This document shows positions 13,765-27,205 of a stretch of DNA of 64,000 nucleotides, in pieces. The DNA is from Perkinsus chesapeaki ATCC PRA-425. Its lineage: Eukaryota > Protista > Perkinsozoa. The notes below the pieces were generated by a model. The model was not told the origin of the DNA, did not search any database, and was given only the letters and a program-made list of their open reading frames with translations. How positions within the stretch are numbered: the stretch's first letter is position 1; each line of letters begins with the position of its first letter. The translations under genes were made by a program, and so were the position numbers. Location: assembly GCA_013115145.1 (NCBI GenBank), contig JAAPAO010000042.1:1-64000 (forward strand). Direction: 5' to 3'.

Positions 13765-14989
13765 TATTAAGACAACAAATTGATAACAAACACCTAAACT
13801 GTGATGATCATTATTACCACGTTAAGACTCATGATCCGTCGCACGGCGTGCGCGTAGGCATCTCCTCGTTAGCGCGCGCCGATCTGATCGACTAATCGAG
13901 GAGGCTCGAACTCGAACTGTGACAGCTCGCGGCTGCTATGCTACATCAGAGTGCCAAAAGATGATCACGGTTTGATGCTACCGAACCCGCTGTACGAACT
14001 TGGCCAAAGAATGCTGTACGTTGGAGCAATCAGCGACATAAAATCGATCATCTTGGTTCAGGAAATTGTGGACAACGAGGAATACTAATACTTTGGACAA
14101 GTTGAACTTGCCTGGCAGTGCCAGGCTGGCACGAGATATTTTTGTGCAAGACTACGAGTCCCGTTTGGTGTTGCTGACTTGCTCCAGTATTTATCCTCTT
14201 CTCATCGACGAAATCTGCTGAGTACACCGTGTGCCATTCTACTGACAGTTTCACTGACATGATGAGTAACACAATTTGTTAAACACATTACTGTCTCCGA
14301 CATTAAGTACCGCTGGTCCGATAGTCTTTGCATTGTTACGCAGCATGAAAGGTTCCGATGCAGCATAATTACGGCTTTAATTGCGTGATTGCGGTGCAGT
14401 GCCGATCCGTAATCTCATTGAAGTCATCCAGTATCAAGTATGTCACAGTAGTGCTGCTCACACCATGCTCAGACGGCGCGCGGTGCTCCACCTTCGGACA
14501 ATGCAGAAGTCTGCAGTGCACGAATCAGTTAGAGTTTCAAAACCATTATTATCAAGTCCGATGAGTCTGATATCAGAATAACTAATCGAGTATTTAGCAA
14601 GCAGCTAAGATGGGATCATCCCAACGAGTGAAGTATTCATCAGTTAACACTTGTAGAGTCATATACGACTCGGTAAGTTCAATCCCAAAACATGGTAGTC
14701 CAGTATCACGCTCAGAACAGAACTTCCCTAACGAAAAACCAAGTGTCGGCGGATGCCCTAAAGAGTGCACTTTCCTCGTCAATCTTCAGTCAAGATCCCA
14801 TTCAAGTTCAGCTTGGTCAACTCGCTATCTCTCCTGGTGGATCTTTGACAAATTATTAATTGACGCGATTGAGATTAACTCAACACTAAACTTCTATTTG
14901 ATGTCAAATATACACCATTCTCATGTACATCAGTACTACTCTGGTAGAGTAATTCTACGAAGTAATATGAACAAGTCAGAAAATCAATG

Positions 14990-16100
14990 TCACGCCTGTT
15001 CAACATATTCAATTTCACTCTCCTTCACTTCAGCCCTAGCGGTTGCCTTCTCCTCGGCGAGTCTGTTCCATCGCTTGGCTATCTTGCCACTGATCCTCCG
15101 ACGAAGTTTGCGACAGCACCAGTAGCAGTATATTGTGACGAGCAAAGATATCGAGGTACCGATGATACTGGCAACGATTCTGAACAAAAGCAACTGTTGA
15201 AGAGGCCGTGCAGCATAAAGCACTATGCCCTCCAAAGGGAAGAGCTTCGTAATCAAACGACACTCTATGAAGGCGAGGCGCTCGGCAAACGAATCGTTCT
15301 AAACGATGTAGGCTCAATAATCGATAAATGAAGGGGCAGACAATCTGTATGTATGATGCTTACCCTCCAGTGCTCCATGTTCCATTGAAACGCTCTATCG
15401 CTTCCGCCAGATTCGCTCTGGCTGGACTCAATGTGGCGTGTACATGGCGAGTAGGTGCTGGAGTAGTTACTGAAGGGGTGGTCGTTGGTGTAACGGAATG
15501 ATCGCTGTTCCACGACCTATCGTGAAGGAAGGACCATCTGAAACAGAATATAAGGGGCACTAGAGACCGCTTTGTGCCTCACCCCTCAGCAAGGTTGTCC
15601 ATATTTCAAACACCAAAACACGGTCGCAAATTGTTGATACCAGCCTTGAACCTTGAACCAAATCGATCGATATGGCGAGCGCTCTTGCGCTAAACGCAGA
15701 GGCAATGGAAAGTTTTTGAAACACCCTGCCGACAAATGAGAGATCTGCATCGATTCGATATAGAATGTTACAGCCTCTTAAAGTGTCAATGAGATCCTGT
15801 GTTGGGTTGGTAGTGCTAGTAGTGGTCATTCTTCTTGGTATTGGTTCATTCTAATGTCTGATGTCGGCGTACCCTTGAAGTTGTTCGTCGGTGAGCTTCC
15901 TCCAGATCGGTCTGAGGACGATGCTCGTAACACCTTCGCATCGTAAAAGTGGAAGGCCCTTCCCGGAAGGGCAGTGTTATACCGAGGTGCTTGCCTGGTA
16001 TCTTTACCGAGTGCCATATCCGGTGCGTGAGCTGTTTTTTATAACAGGTATACCGAGAGCAAGATTGAAGAACAAGTTCCTGTGATGAAATTATCCTCAT
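14990..16100 (-). CDS. Hypothetical spliced membrane protein with Thr-rich segments and a C-terminal TM helix
   Basis: Minus-strand pieces TTTSTTNPT..., VTPTTTPSVTTPAPT..., and IVASIIGTSISLLVTIYCYWCCRKLRRR...EQA-stop, flanked by GT/AG sites. Boundaries are approximate. Confidence 0.35.
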
Positions 16101-17552
16101 ATACTCATCATTACCTCCTTCGGCTATTAGCGAATCACTAATAACCAATTATCGTGAGGTGAGTAATGCGAGTGGTATTTCGAAAAGAAAGTGTGGCGGG
16201 TTTCTCCACCCCTACCGAAAAGTGGATCATCTTAATAAGGGAATTGTGAAGACTCACCTGAAGACAAAGGCAACCAGGAATCCTATTATAGGATCTATTT
16301 GTTGGATTTCTTGAAGTATCTGTATGGGGAATTTTGATCGCGATGAATGAGTATTTTGTGAATGAACTTGAAATAATTCAGCTAGCTAACGTTTTAAAAC
16401 TTTCCTATTCTTAAATGGGCGAAAAAATTCGGGAAGTGACGAATTTTTCAGGCTGCAGTAGCCCTATAAGACGATGAGCGCAACAGTTATTAAAACCGAA
16501 TATGATCCATCAATTACAACGAAGAACCCCGCCTTCGTCAAGTACTTAGATCGAGTGAAGGTGTCGCGGTCGATATGATAACCTTGTTCATACGTATAAT
16601 GGTGGACTTAATAGCGCAAGGTACACCTTCATAGAGTATCACAACGTCATACTCATCGAGGATTGTCATGACAGACATAACTCTATCAGTATAGTCACGT
16701 CCATTAAGGCGAATTTATGGCTACCATATTATGCGAATCATTCGCAGAGAATGGCTTACTGGCCTTAAGGTGAAAACACTGAAGTCACTACAGCTCTGAA
16801 ACTGACTACGGTATGATCGTAGCCTATCACTAGTCCATGTGTGCTCGCTTCAAGATGGAATTTCGTTATAATTTCTAAACTACAAGTCCTTAGCGAGGTA
16901 GTGTTCATGTGATGAGAATTTTGGAGACTCCAAGTCAGAAACGATTTCGCGTCAATGAAACGCCTATGCTGATGCTCTAGTGGACTCAGTATGCTTTGTG
17001 CCCCACTCCAATGGCCCGTGCAAAAAACACGCTTATCTGGGCTGACCAAGGCCTGTACGCTAAACCGTCGAACCTTGCACACTGCGGCTTGGGTTTATTT
17101 ACATCGGTAGATCGGACGGACGGAGAAGAGATTTGTCCTTACACTGGTGAGAACACACGATAAAAGGCGTCACTGAGCTTCAGACGCTCAGCTAAGTAGA
17201 GGGTGAATTAGGTTGATTGGTGACCGTCCCCAGTATTTTCAAGTTAAATATAACTTCGGTTGCCAGGCTTCCACCTAGAAACATCGCTAAGCGAAGGGCG
17301 AGCCTTGCCCGACTAATTTTCGAATTCCTAGCCGAACTCGCTGAATAGATCAGTAAGCCTCAATCTCTAAGAATGCTATTCCCGAGGAAGGGCAAGTTCT
17401 ATCGGCTCAGCTCCCAATACCGAGTCCCTACATAGTATCGAGTCAATACTCCGGCGCACTGCATCCATTGACGATCCAATCATAGGATCGACTTGGTCTC
17501 CTATGTCAGGCAGGATCTGGCAAAGCAACCCGCCAAAAGGTTTAGACAGAAC

Positions 17553-17792
17553 CTATCTACTGAAATTGAGCAATTCACTGTAACCCTCATCACGGTTCGG
17601 ATACAGAAATGATACGGCAGTTACATCGATGCCAGCGAACACGAAGACGCCCCCGGTAGATATATAAACGATTGCCGAGACAAGCGTTTCCATAACGTTG
17701 CCTTCGATAAGAGGCCCGATGAGAAGCGCGCCGTGGTGATTGCTATACGCGATATCAAAAAAGGTGAGAATAATCCTCGGAAGAAGGGACAT
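17553..17792 (-). CDS. Possible first exon or remnant of a secreted or membrane hypothetical protein
   Basis: ATG-initiated hydrophobic ORF MSLLPRIILTFFDIAYS...; no family recognised. Confidence 0.22.
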   Translation of the reverse strand: MSLLPRIILTFFDIAYSNHHGALLIGPLIEGNVMETLVSAIVYISTGGVFVFAGIDVTAVSFLYPNRDEGYSELLNFSR

Positions 17793-18427
17793 TAATTGCT
17801 GCTAGATGACGAGCTATTTGCGGATTACGGCGTCATGTATTGGCTCGGATGGAGAATGACCAATCCTGATGTGACGCCGGTCAGGATATCTACATGGATT
17901 TGACTTTCACTTCTCAATTCAGCTTCTTTGTCGAGTTGAAAAGTGTTAATTCACATTCTCGTGGTGAGGGCCTCCCTCAGCTAATGAAAAGAAGTACGAT
18001 ACATCGCGCTTTGAGCCTTGGAACGTTTGTGGCACACTTCGGCTGCTCGTACCACACCCTGATCGAAAGCACGTTCTACGCACATCTCGACTGCGCGTTA
18101 AACTGAGTTGACTGAGTTATTATAACCCCAGACGAGAAGTTCATTGATCGTGCGCCGCATGACAAACAATTTCCTGTTTTTAATTAAAGCTTCTAAGTTG
18201 GAAGTTAACGATAGCTCGGGTATCGGACATTGTACAACTGCGCTAAGAGAAACGGGAGACTAAAACGTCGGGTTGAACCCACCAGGTTAGGCACGGCGAG
18301 GAATCCAAAAACTCTTCGCTGAGACGGGGTACTCTTAGAAGGTCATGTTACATGACTAAATGGGTCATGTACATGAGCCAGACTCATCACGAGTCGCACA
18401 TGTAAATCAAAGATACAACACGCTGGA

Positions 18428-18999
18428 GATGCACTTCTGTTATAGCGAGCGCGGCGATGCACTTCTGTTATACCGAGCGCGGCGATGCACTTCTGTTATA
18501 CCGAGCGCGGCGATGCACTTCTGTTATAGCGAGCGCGGCGATGCACTTCTGTTATAGCGAGCGCGGCGATGCACNNNNNNNNNNNNNNNNNNNNNNNNNN
18601 NNNNNNNNNNNNNNNNNNNNNNNNNNNNNNNNNNNNNNNNNNNNNNNNNNNNNNNNNNNNNNNNNNNNNNNNNNCGAGCGCGGCGATGCACTTCTGTTAT
18701 AGCGAGCGCGGCGATGCACTTCTGTTATAGCGAGCGCGGCGATGCACTTCTGTTATAGCGAGCGCGGCGATGCACTTCTGTTATAGCGAGCGCGGCGATG
18801 CACTTCTGTTATAGCGAGCGCGGCGATGCACTTCTGTTATAGCGAGCGCGGCGATGCACTTCTGTTATAGCGAGCGCGGCGATGCACTTCTGTTATAGCG
18901 AGCGCGGCGATGCACTTCTGTTATAGCGAGCGCGGCGATGCACTTCTGTTATAGCGAGCGCGGCGATGCACTTCTGTTATAGCGAGCGCGGCGATGCAC
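18428..18999. repeat. Tandem satellite, 28-bp unit CGAGCGCGGCGATGCACTTCTGTTATAG
   Basis: Head-to-tail, almost identical copies on both sides of the N gap; two left-hand copies carry TATAC instead of TATAG. There are no spacers. Confidence 0.97.
18575..18674. other. Assembly gap (100 N) inside the satellite
   Basis: A run of exactly 100 N, typical of a gap of unknown size. Confidence 0.97.
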
Positions 19000-19039
19000 G
19001 GATTGCAGACTATGCATTTCTCACCTGCCATACGCAAAT

Positions 19040-19810
19040 CGTCATACAGTAATACTGTAACAGTATGACGTTTGGTTAATATCATATTATTAGTATGACT
19101 AATACTAATACTATGATATTAACCAATGGATTCTCAGTTCTCTAACACTCTCCGTTCAGTTATAAACGATTGGCTCCGAGGATTATCCAATATCAGATGA
19201 AGTTCATCTCTACTTGGACAAGCAACAGTCGGAATAGACGGTTGATTAGTGCAACTACCAAGTTATCACTGATCAGATAACATCGTTATCATAACAAATC
19301 AATAGTTGATTATTATCTAGTTGAACTGATAATGAAAAGTCAAGGATTTCTTCGGGGTATAATACCCCGGGTATTGCCCAGGGATGCGGATAGCCGCAGT
19401 CTCGGTGCCCAGAGTCTGGGCCCCAGACTAAACAGTCCACCGCGCGCCGTGCCATGGCAGCCATGGTGGCACCATGTCCCGTACGGGTGTTACACCCGGG
19501 GTGTATCTCACTTCGAGTGATAAAAAACGAGTAGTTACTACCCAGTAGTGTGGCAATGTGGCAGCCACATACAGTATATAACATCTTTCTGTTGTGTACG
19601 TGTAGATTCGCCTCCTTGTGTGAGGTTGCGTGTAGACTCTACACTGAAGAGCCAAAATGCATCATCACTATGAGTAAGTGCATGAAAGTTTCATCATGAA
19701 ACGATTTGGAATTCATGACATGCCGTTATTAGTCGTTTTTTTCTGGCATTAACTTAATGCCATTAAGATAGCAAGCTACAGGACACTAGCACATCGGATG
19801 CGCCGCATCC
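19040..19810. repeat. Cluster of chained short palindromes
   Basis: 1-nt-spacer palindromes at 19353-19369, 19361-19375, 19413-19429, 19462-19476, 19484-19498, 19491-19505, 19556-19570, 19688-19702, 19744-19762, 19753-19767 and 19796-19810. An imperfect 25-bp-arm hairpin lies at 19072-19126. Confidence 0.85.
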
Positions 19811-20213
19811 TTGTCGCTGTACCAATCCTCTGTAGCACACAATGAGTCTGTCCAGATGGTATAAGATAGAAGCTAAGCTAAGCTTATGGAGATGATGCAG
19901 CTCTATCGAGTGATTATTGCCAATAATTTATTGGCTTATTACTAGACCTTCCTGATCTATTTCAACCAGTGTAGTGTTATCTCAATTAGCAGAGCGGTGA
20001 TTCGTGAAGTGCCCCCCCTCCGGTGCACAGAACTCAGAATTATCCGAACTCTTGTCTTTGGTAACGCAATAACGTGAATTACGCGAAAATAATGGGGACG
20101 CTTTACTGCTGACTAATAGCTGGATGACAGATTAATATTGGGGATGCACCACTCTAGGACAAGACGTACGAACCTTATTGGCGAAGCAGCATGATAACGG
20201 TAGATGGTGGGGG

Positions 20214-21341
20214 CTAGATTTTCTTCTTGGCGAATGCAATAGATCCAATCTCATAACTGAATTGGACGAAATGGCCTCTGAATAGCGGAGCACCAATGAC
20301 CCAAGTGAAAGGGAGTGCTGTGTCGAAATCACCCCCTCTGATAAGGAGTCTACATACGTCTGGGCGATCCAAATGGGCTCGGATATAGTCCTTCCCTTCA
20401 ATGAATAGCCTTGTGATAAGTTCTTCTTCATCATCGGCTTTAATGTCGAACCAGATCTCTGGTAGCTTGCTAATGTCTGAGCACTTCACCATTCTCTGGT
20501 CAGCAATATGAACAAACTTGCTTATATACTCCAACAACTTGTTGACTTCCTTGACGGGACCCCAAATGCCGCTAGCACCTGAATCAAAAACGACGCGGGC
20601 CTTTTTGATGTGCAGGGCTTCTGACTCCGTTCCAGACCGATAACCAGCTTCATCAAGATTCAGAATCCAGCCTTGATCATCCCTTTGATGGAGTGTTATA
20701 AATGGTGAATGCCAACTAGGATCAGGATTTCCACCAACCGTCAAATGCCCGATATCAGTGGACGTCCTTGGATAGGTTATCGAGAATGTCAATCTGCGTA
20801 TGGCTCCATGCAAGCCTCGAACCAGCTGATGAATGAAGGAGTAGAGCTCACGAGAAAATCCCGGTGCTTTTTGTAGTGATAGAACTGGGAAAGGAACCCT
20901 GTTACTCGGAGTATATTGCTTCACTACACTAAGACGATAGTCCGAAGCAGTAACCGTAGTTCCGTTCGGGAGCTTCACAGCAAGAGATGCAGTATGAGGG
21001 AAGAACGTAAAAGTAGACCCATCTACGAAGTGAGTAGTGTCGTTCTCTTTACTGCTCTCCGCACACGAATCACCAGGACAAGAATAACAACCAGAGGTGA
21101 AGAACTTGCATCTCTGTGGACCAAATGCATCTTCATAGAGAACATACGTATATCTTCCACCGGTATCGGGTATAACTTGGACAGTCTGACCATCGAACAC
21201 AAGCTCGACCCAGCCATTATATCCAATCAAATTGATGGGAAAGTCAATAGTCCATGGCGGGAGTGCAGCTGAGCAAAAGTTCATAGGCAGAATGGTATGT
21301 TGTAGGTAAAATAATATGGGAGCTGCTAGATGACGGATCAT
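20214..21341 (-). CDS. Secreted pepsin-like (A1) aspartic protease, intronless, 375 aa
   Basis: Catalytic motifs IPDTGG and VFDSGAS, late WVIGAPLF motif, hydrophobic N-terminus. ATG at 21341; the track start uses TTG. Confidence 0.9.
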   Translation of the reverse strand: MIRHLAAPILFYLQHTILPMNFCSAALPPWTIDFPINLIGYNGWVELVFDGQTVQVIPDTGGRYTYVLYEDAFGPQRCKFFTSGCYSCPGDSCAESSKENDTTHFVDGSTFTFFPHTASLAVKLPNGTTVTASDYRLSVVKQYTPSNRVPFPVLSLQKAPGFSRELYSFIHQLVRGLHGAIRRLTFSITYPRTSTDIGHLTVGGNPDPSWHSPFITLHQRDDQGWILNLDEAGYRSGTESEALHIKKARVVFDSGASGIWGPVKEVNKLLEYISKFVHIADQRMVKCSDISKLPEIWFDIKADDEEELITRLFIEGKDYIRAHLDRPDVCRLLIRGGDFDTALPFTWVIGAPLFRGHFVQFSYEIGSIAFAKKKI

Positions 21342-23061
21342 TGTGCTCAAAATGAGTAAGCCTTACAGTGCGTATCATCGATTAAACAGATGCGAAAAGA
21401 GTTTAAGACCTGCAGAATATGCCGGGTGCAAACAAGTTCGTATGGTTTCAACAAGGCAGATACTAGAAATCACATGCGAAATCTTCACCCTGCATGCCGG
21501 AGTTCGGAGATAGTCATACACAGTCGGGCATCTGAAACTCTCGACAGTGGAATCCAATGAGTGGATATAAAATTTACAGTACTTTCTGACAGAAAGTTTC
21601 TGTATCCACTGCTTGTGCCTTAGGTACAGACTGTACCGTACATTATCTTATGTTACCTAAGTTAAGTACCCGCTGCTCTCGCTCTCAGGCTGCATAATGT
21701 TGCAGCTTCGCTCAACTTAAGCGGCTAAGCTAGGGTCGCTCAATCGACGCTGGACTGGCGTACCGTACGCTGCGCATGGGAAGAGATTGCTGGAGGCTAC
21801 TTCACACCACTGGCCTGTCAGGAGTCAGTGGTAGGCTACCACTGGTAGATACACCTTGAGTTCTTTCGTGCTGCAGTGCTTCATACACGGCTAATTCCCT
21901 GGCGAAACCCGAGTCTCCTACGGCCATTTTGCCTACCCCTCCCTATAAATCTCACCGCGGGAGGGGTGTATGGGAGGGGGACTTTCGATATACTTTTCTG
22001 TAAAAGTGCGAACTTAGTACTGCGATGCATAATGATATAATTGATTGTGACGATTACCGTAACGGCAATACCGTTGGCCTTCAACGATGTGATGTGAAAT
22101 GATAATCAAGTGGAAAATATGCCCCAGGGCGTATAGCTGTTTCGCTGTACGCCAGGGAGAGCACGTATTCCTCCGAGGCACGCGCGCTAGTTTTTCGCGG
22201 CACCATAGAATCCCATCGAATACGGGGTTTGCAGGAGTAACCTGAAGCCCGAAAACCGAGTATTATCCTACCGGATAATCTTGATGTAGATTAAATCATG
22301 TAATCGGGTCGGGCTTCGGTTACCATGCGCTTGATAGTTACTTGGTACAGAGATAATGCCACTATCTGGCAAGTCTGAGAGGCAGGCGGGCATTACTCGA
22401 TTCGCGACTTGCGAATCGGCCTGCACTATGGTATGGTACTCAGCTACTATCAAGAGCATCGCCGTACTCAGGAATAATTATAAAAAAACGGTATCTACAG
22501 TATGTCGAAAACCTACGACACATTCACGGTTTGGTTCGTTCAGCTCGGTGTGAGCCGTGCGAAATTCGCACTGAGAATAAGCCGCTTTGGCAAGCAATTG
22601 CTCTGGTTTATCGTAGAGTGTGTCATAACCTAATTCTTTAGCTGACACAATCTAAGCGTGTCCCTTGTTGTGTTGGCTACGTTCATGTCAATTGTCTCCC
22701 CGCCTGTTTTCTCGGGATTTCACAAGCACTACACTCGCGTACTCATTCCGTCAGCCAAGAAAGCATAATAGCTGTGAAAGCAGTTCGATATAGCCCTACT
22801 GGACGAACACCACAAGACGGGTGGCGCAGAAAGAATACCTTAATACAGATGGCTACAGCGCGCTACATTTAGCTATGCAAGTAATGCAGTAACAAAGCAA
22901 CTACAACTACTTCATATATCAGGTACCAGCTGCTCTATAACAATAGCCAACTAGGTAATTCTCTAGATGATGATTGACTAGCTATGATGTGATAATTGCG
23001 TCAGTCATAATATCTTCAGATGAAATCCATCGTTCGTTCGCATCCTTAAAAGCAATTCGAT

Positions 23062-23117
23062 CGGCCTAATGATAGCTCGAGTATAGGGCGGCCTAATGAT
23101 AGCTCGAGAATAGGGCG
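23062..23117. repeat. 27-bp tandem duplication
   Basis: CGGCCTAATGATAGCTCGAGTATAGGG occurs twice with one mismatch. Confidence 0.9.
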
Positions 23118-23961
23118 TTGTAAAGCTCTTAGTTGGAGAGTAGTGTAGAGCCTTTGCGAGTTAGTGGTGCGCTAGCAGTTTGCATTTTTGGACGGTCATT
23201 TAAATCACTGCTTCAACACGTTTGAAGCATGCGCGACGATTAATGAATTTCCGACCGTGCATTCAACGTTCCTCGCAAATGCGTCCGTAATCTCGATCAG
23301 GCCTTGATCATCCTGGAGATGGAAAATGTTTTTCTGTACGAGTGGCGATACGAGTCGCGATTCGAAGTTCGGATTCCGAACATGCGTTTGGCGGACCGCA
23401 GCCTGAGATTCTACCGACGCAACCATGGTATCGTGACGCCATGTGTTGTCGATGTTGCCATATTATCCTATTGGTTTTAAATTAAGTGTTGCTGCTACAT
23501 TGACGAGTCGTGGTTTATGTTAACTCTTATTTCCCTCACAGAAAATCTGTTCGATCAGACCGAGTCGGTTTCGACTCGACTCGAGTCACTCGAGACTCTC
23601 GAGCACGCGCATGAAAGCACAGACTGTCCAGCCTTCACCAGATGAAGCTAATCCCTACTTGAGCTGTACTCGACACAACCGCAATAGCTCGTGGAATGAA
23701 AACTCTTGATTGATGACGTTTATTAAATGTTATGATAACCTGTTTACCTTGATAACACGTTCGTCAAGAATAGTAGTTTATTAACAATTGGGGCCTAAAA
23801 TGTCCGACATGTGCCGGCTTCCCTCTCCTGGGCCAAAGAATTCCCTCACCACCTGGCTGGATACAATTATCTTATTAAAATACATCTCGCAGCGCGAAGA
23901 TCGAGCGAATAGATTCTCTAAGGGTGGTCTACTTGGCCAGCAGTATATTCCGGCACAGAGA

Positions 23962-25792
23962 TCACTCCATCGGCCTACGGCATTCCATGGAAATTGCCAG
24001 ATTTCCAGGGACTGAAGTCACAGGAGATGTCAGCTTAGATACGATCTCCGCTCCTTCCACAAGGCGAAGATTGATGAAGTTCCTCAATATAACAGCGGTA
24101 GTTATCCTCGTTCAGAGCTAAGTGTTCCCCGGGGCATTTACGAGGGCCATAACCGAATCCGATGAACTCAGCACATTTATTGTGGTCCAGTGCAGTAGCG
24201 CTTTCATCCAGCCAGCGATCAGGGCTACATGTAGTGTAATAATACCGGCAACAGAAACACTTTGCTCCTACCGGAACCGATGGCCCTCCACGTAGCCTTT
24301 CCACATCATGCGCCCAAGCGCTAGTAGAATATGGGATCCCGTTCTGATGGTCCCTTTGGGAAGAATGAAGTCTTGCGACGCGCGTGTCATGGTAACGGGA
24401 ATGACCGCGTTGAACTGATTGAGCCTGGAAGTTCCACCTAACTCCATCACCTACCCTCATTGTTTCCAATACACAAGCTCGAATGTACGGCAAGCACTGT
24501 AGATCCTCGATGGAGTCAGGATCCTTGCTCAAAGATTCGGCTTCAATGCGAGCCCGATCCTGGACATCCTTATACAAGCATAGGTTGTAAAAAATCCAAT
24601 CTATTGCCGCTGCAGTTGATTCTCCTCCGGCCAGACAGTATCTACCATCCAAGGACTACGTGCAGCCCGGCAATATACTAGGAGCTAAAGACAGGAAGCG
24701 GATGCTTTTACATCAGAAGCGTGTCGATTTCTTCGTCTTGGTCTAGGTCTTCACCGGTCACCGATGCTGGCTGACGGACCCTATTCCTCTCAATAGCCTC
24801 TTTGAGGGTCGTTCGCATTCCCCTCCACCGTTGATAGAACTACAATTGAACTTTGAAGTCACCGCATTATGTGATACATCACCTTCCTAACTGGCGGGAA
24901 GAATAGTCGGCAGACGAACCGATCACGATAGAACACATGCGCTGGGTTAACAGCGATGCTAATGGCGTCTCTGCAGACATTGATTATGTCCTCTTGTACG
25001 TTGGAGGAGTAAATTGGGTCTAAGGGGAGCACAAATAGGCCCCTTTACTAGGTGATAGTTTCACCTCCGCAACCTAGAGGGTCTGCTTCCTTCATAAAGG
25101 CCGCGGTCGATACAGTGGATGTTGCAATGTGAAGATCATCAACAGGATCCCAGTAGCCGATTCTACCGCTCCCATCAGCAGTATAGTTCACATGACGAAC
25201 CTGAACCATGTTAGTTAAACTATCACAGATAGATTCTCTTCAAGCTCAGCTTAGTAAGCTCCCTTACGAGCTCTTGAGCGATGCTGCAAATCATCTTCAA
25301 CGACTTATTCGTGGGCGCCTCAGCTAAACGGCGAGATGAGAACCGCTTGTGTCTTTTCCAAACATCTCCCTCCACGGTGGCGATATTCATCATATCCAGG
25401 AAGTTATCGTAGATCTGGCAACTGAAATGAGAGAGCCGCTTTGAAGATATTTCTCTGTATGCTGTCATATCTGCAACAACAACTGTAGGCCCAGTTGGCG
25501 ACCTGGAGGGTAACGTTGTCAAGGAGCAAGCAAGAGTTTCTTACCAAAACGAAAAAATATCTCCGAAGTCATCAGCCAGATTTACTAAAGACTTGAGGCC
25601 TTCTTGAGGGTTCAAACGCGCGATAGGCAGTAGTCGAAGGAGCTGGTAACAATAGATTCCCACACTTGACATTATTTTAAATGACATTACGTTGGGTCCG
25701 GGTAAGAGTGATGGTATACAACGACGTCGAAGGGATTTGTAGACTTTGAAAATGAGCATAACAGCCACACTTGAGGCAGTAAGCCACATCAT
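23962..25792 (-). pseudogene. Cytochrome P450, multi-exon, probably frameshifted
   Basis: N-terminal anchor MMWLTASSVAVMLIF, C-helix-like WKRHKR, I-helix AGGEST, ETMR, PDRW, heme motif FGYGPRKCPG. The frame breaks after EHLALNE (the P450-like tail ITTAVILRNF is in another frame), and the phase at the ETMR donor is also inconsistent. Confidence 0.8.
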
Positions 25793-27205
25793 TCCCTGCC
25801 TCGTCCCTAGGCTCGTACGCCAACCATCCGCTGAGGCAATCAACAGCATTAAATTCTCCGGCTTGGGGAATAGTCAACTGAAAAGAGTAAAGTCTGCCCT
25901 CTTGACTCACGTTATTTTTAATACGACTCGCGCAGTACGTCAAGGAGGAATCTGGTAGCATCCGTGCGGGCCCTTGTGAGCCACACGAGAGACACGTACG
26001 CTGTGGTGCGCTGGGGAGCCATACTTAAAGCATGATAGGTGGTATAAGTCTCCCTCACTGGGGTGCCACAGGTTAACCGCGCCACCGACTTTCTGCCCCC
26101 CCCCCGCCAGTGTAGGGGTTTGCGGAAAAACTCTCTGATCCCACCTACATCAGCGATTCGTCGATTCTCGGTGCGAGAATCTCGCACCTCACCAATTATT
26201 GCTAACCCTTCTGGCGGATGCGTTGACTCCTCAATGAGGAGATTCTACACGTAGTGCCAGTGATATCCCACTCGTTCCCCGCAGGAGAGTCTCCTGTCGA
26301 ACTGGTCTCGAATAGACTCTGTTTCGCTCCACTAATGACGTCAGTCTGACGGTCAGACTCTGACCTGATGGCCCAGCAGCGGCGAGTGCAATTTATAGGT
26401 GACAGACTACCACTGCTGGTTAACGGGGCCCGGTAACCAGTCAGTGCCCGCCGGGGCCCGGCTGCCGGGCACGTTCGTTTTTCCGGCAGATTTTTGTGCC
26501 CGTTGCGCATGCGTGCTTGGTGCTCCACGAAAGCCACCACGTGTTTGCACGAAGCTTATGTGGCCACCACCGCCTCGTATCGGATGGTTCAGTTGGTCAT
26601 AACACCATGTACAAACTCAGTAAGGCAAGGGCTCAGCTCTGCACTACAACCACAAATGATCTAGCAAGCGTGTGTGGCGCACGCCGTGCGCCGCAGGGAC
26701 ATGCGTTCAACACTTTGCCGGCTCGGCTTCGGCTGTATTATGGACGGGGCCCGCACCCAGGCTTCGATTTCTTCTAACTCAGCACTAGTTCTGCCTGATG
26801 AATGATCGCTCATCTAGCACTTGTAGTGATAATGTTTGACCGAGCAACAAGAACGATTATAAAGAACCCCTAACTCTGAAGGATTCCTAAAGCCTCATAC
26901 GAAGTATTATAACCATCAGCAATAAATCGGTTACATCACATACAGTTAATGTCGTAACCTCGGGTTCCTACAAGTTCCGTGACGGAACGACTACTACTAA
27001 CATACTGCGGTATGTTCGCAGTGAACAACAATAAAATTGATGAGATTGATCAGAGTGAGGTGGCGATTCTCACGCAGTTTATTCCCGATAGTGTGGTCAG
27101 GATAGCCAGTATGCGACTTGACGACCCTCAATTTCGGCTAACCCGGCAGCCCTTGGATTGGGTCCATTGGACGCCATGATGGCGTCGCCATCCAACTTTT
27201 CTCCA

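Noticed and set aside
18428-18999. CRISPR array (28-bp repeat)
   Set aside because: Units are head-to-tail with no spacers, there are no cas genes, and the context is eukaryotic.
20916-21272. Antisense ORFs over the proteases (also 39384-39641, 35483-35710, 14987-15331)
   Set aside because: They are shadows of coding sequence on the opposite strand; their similarity follows from the duplication.
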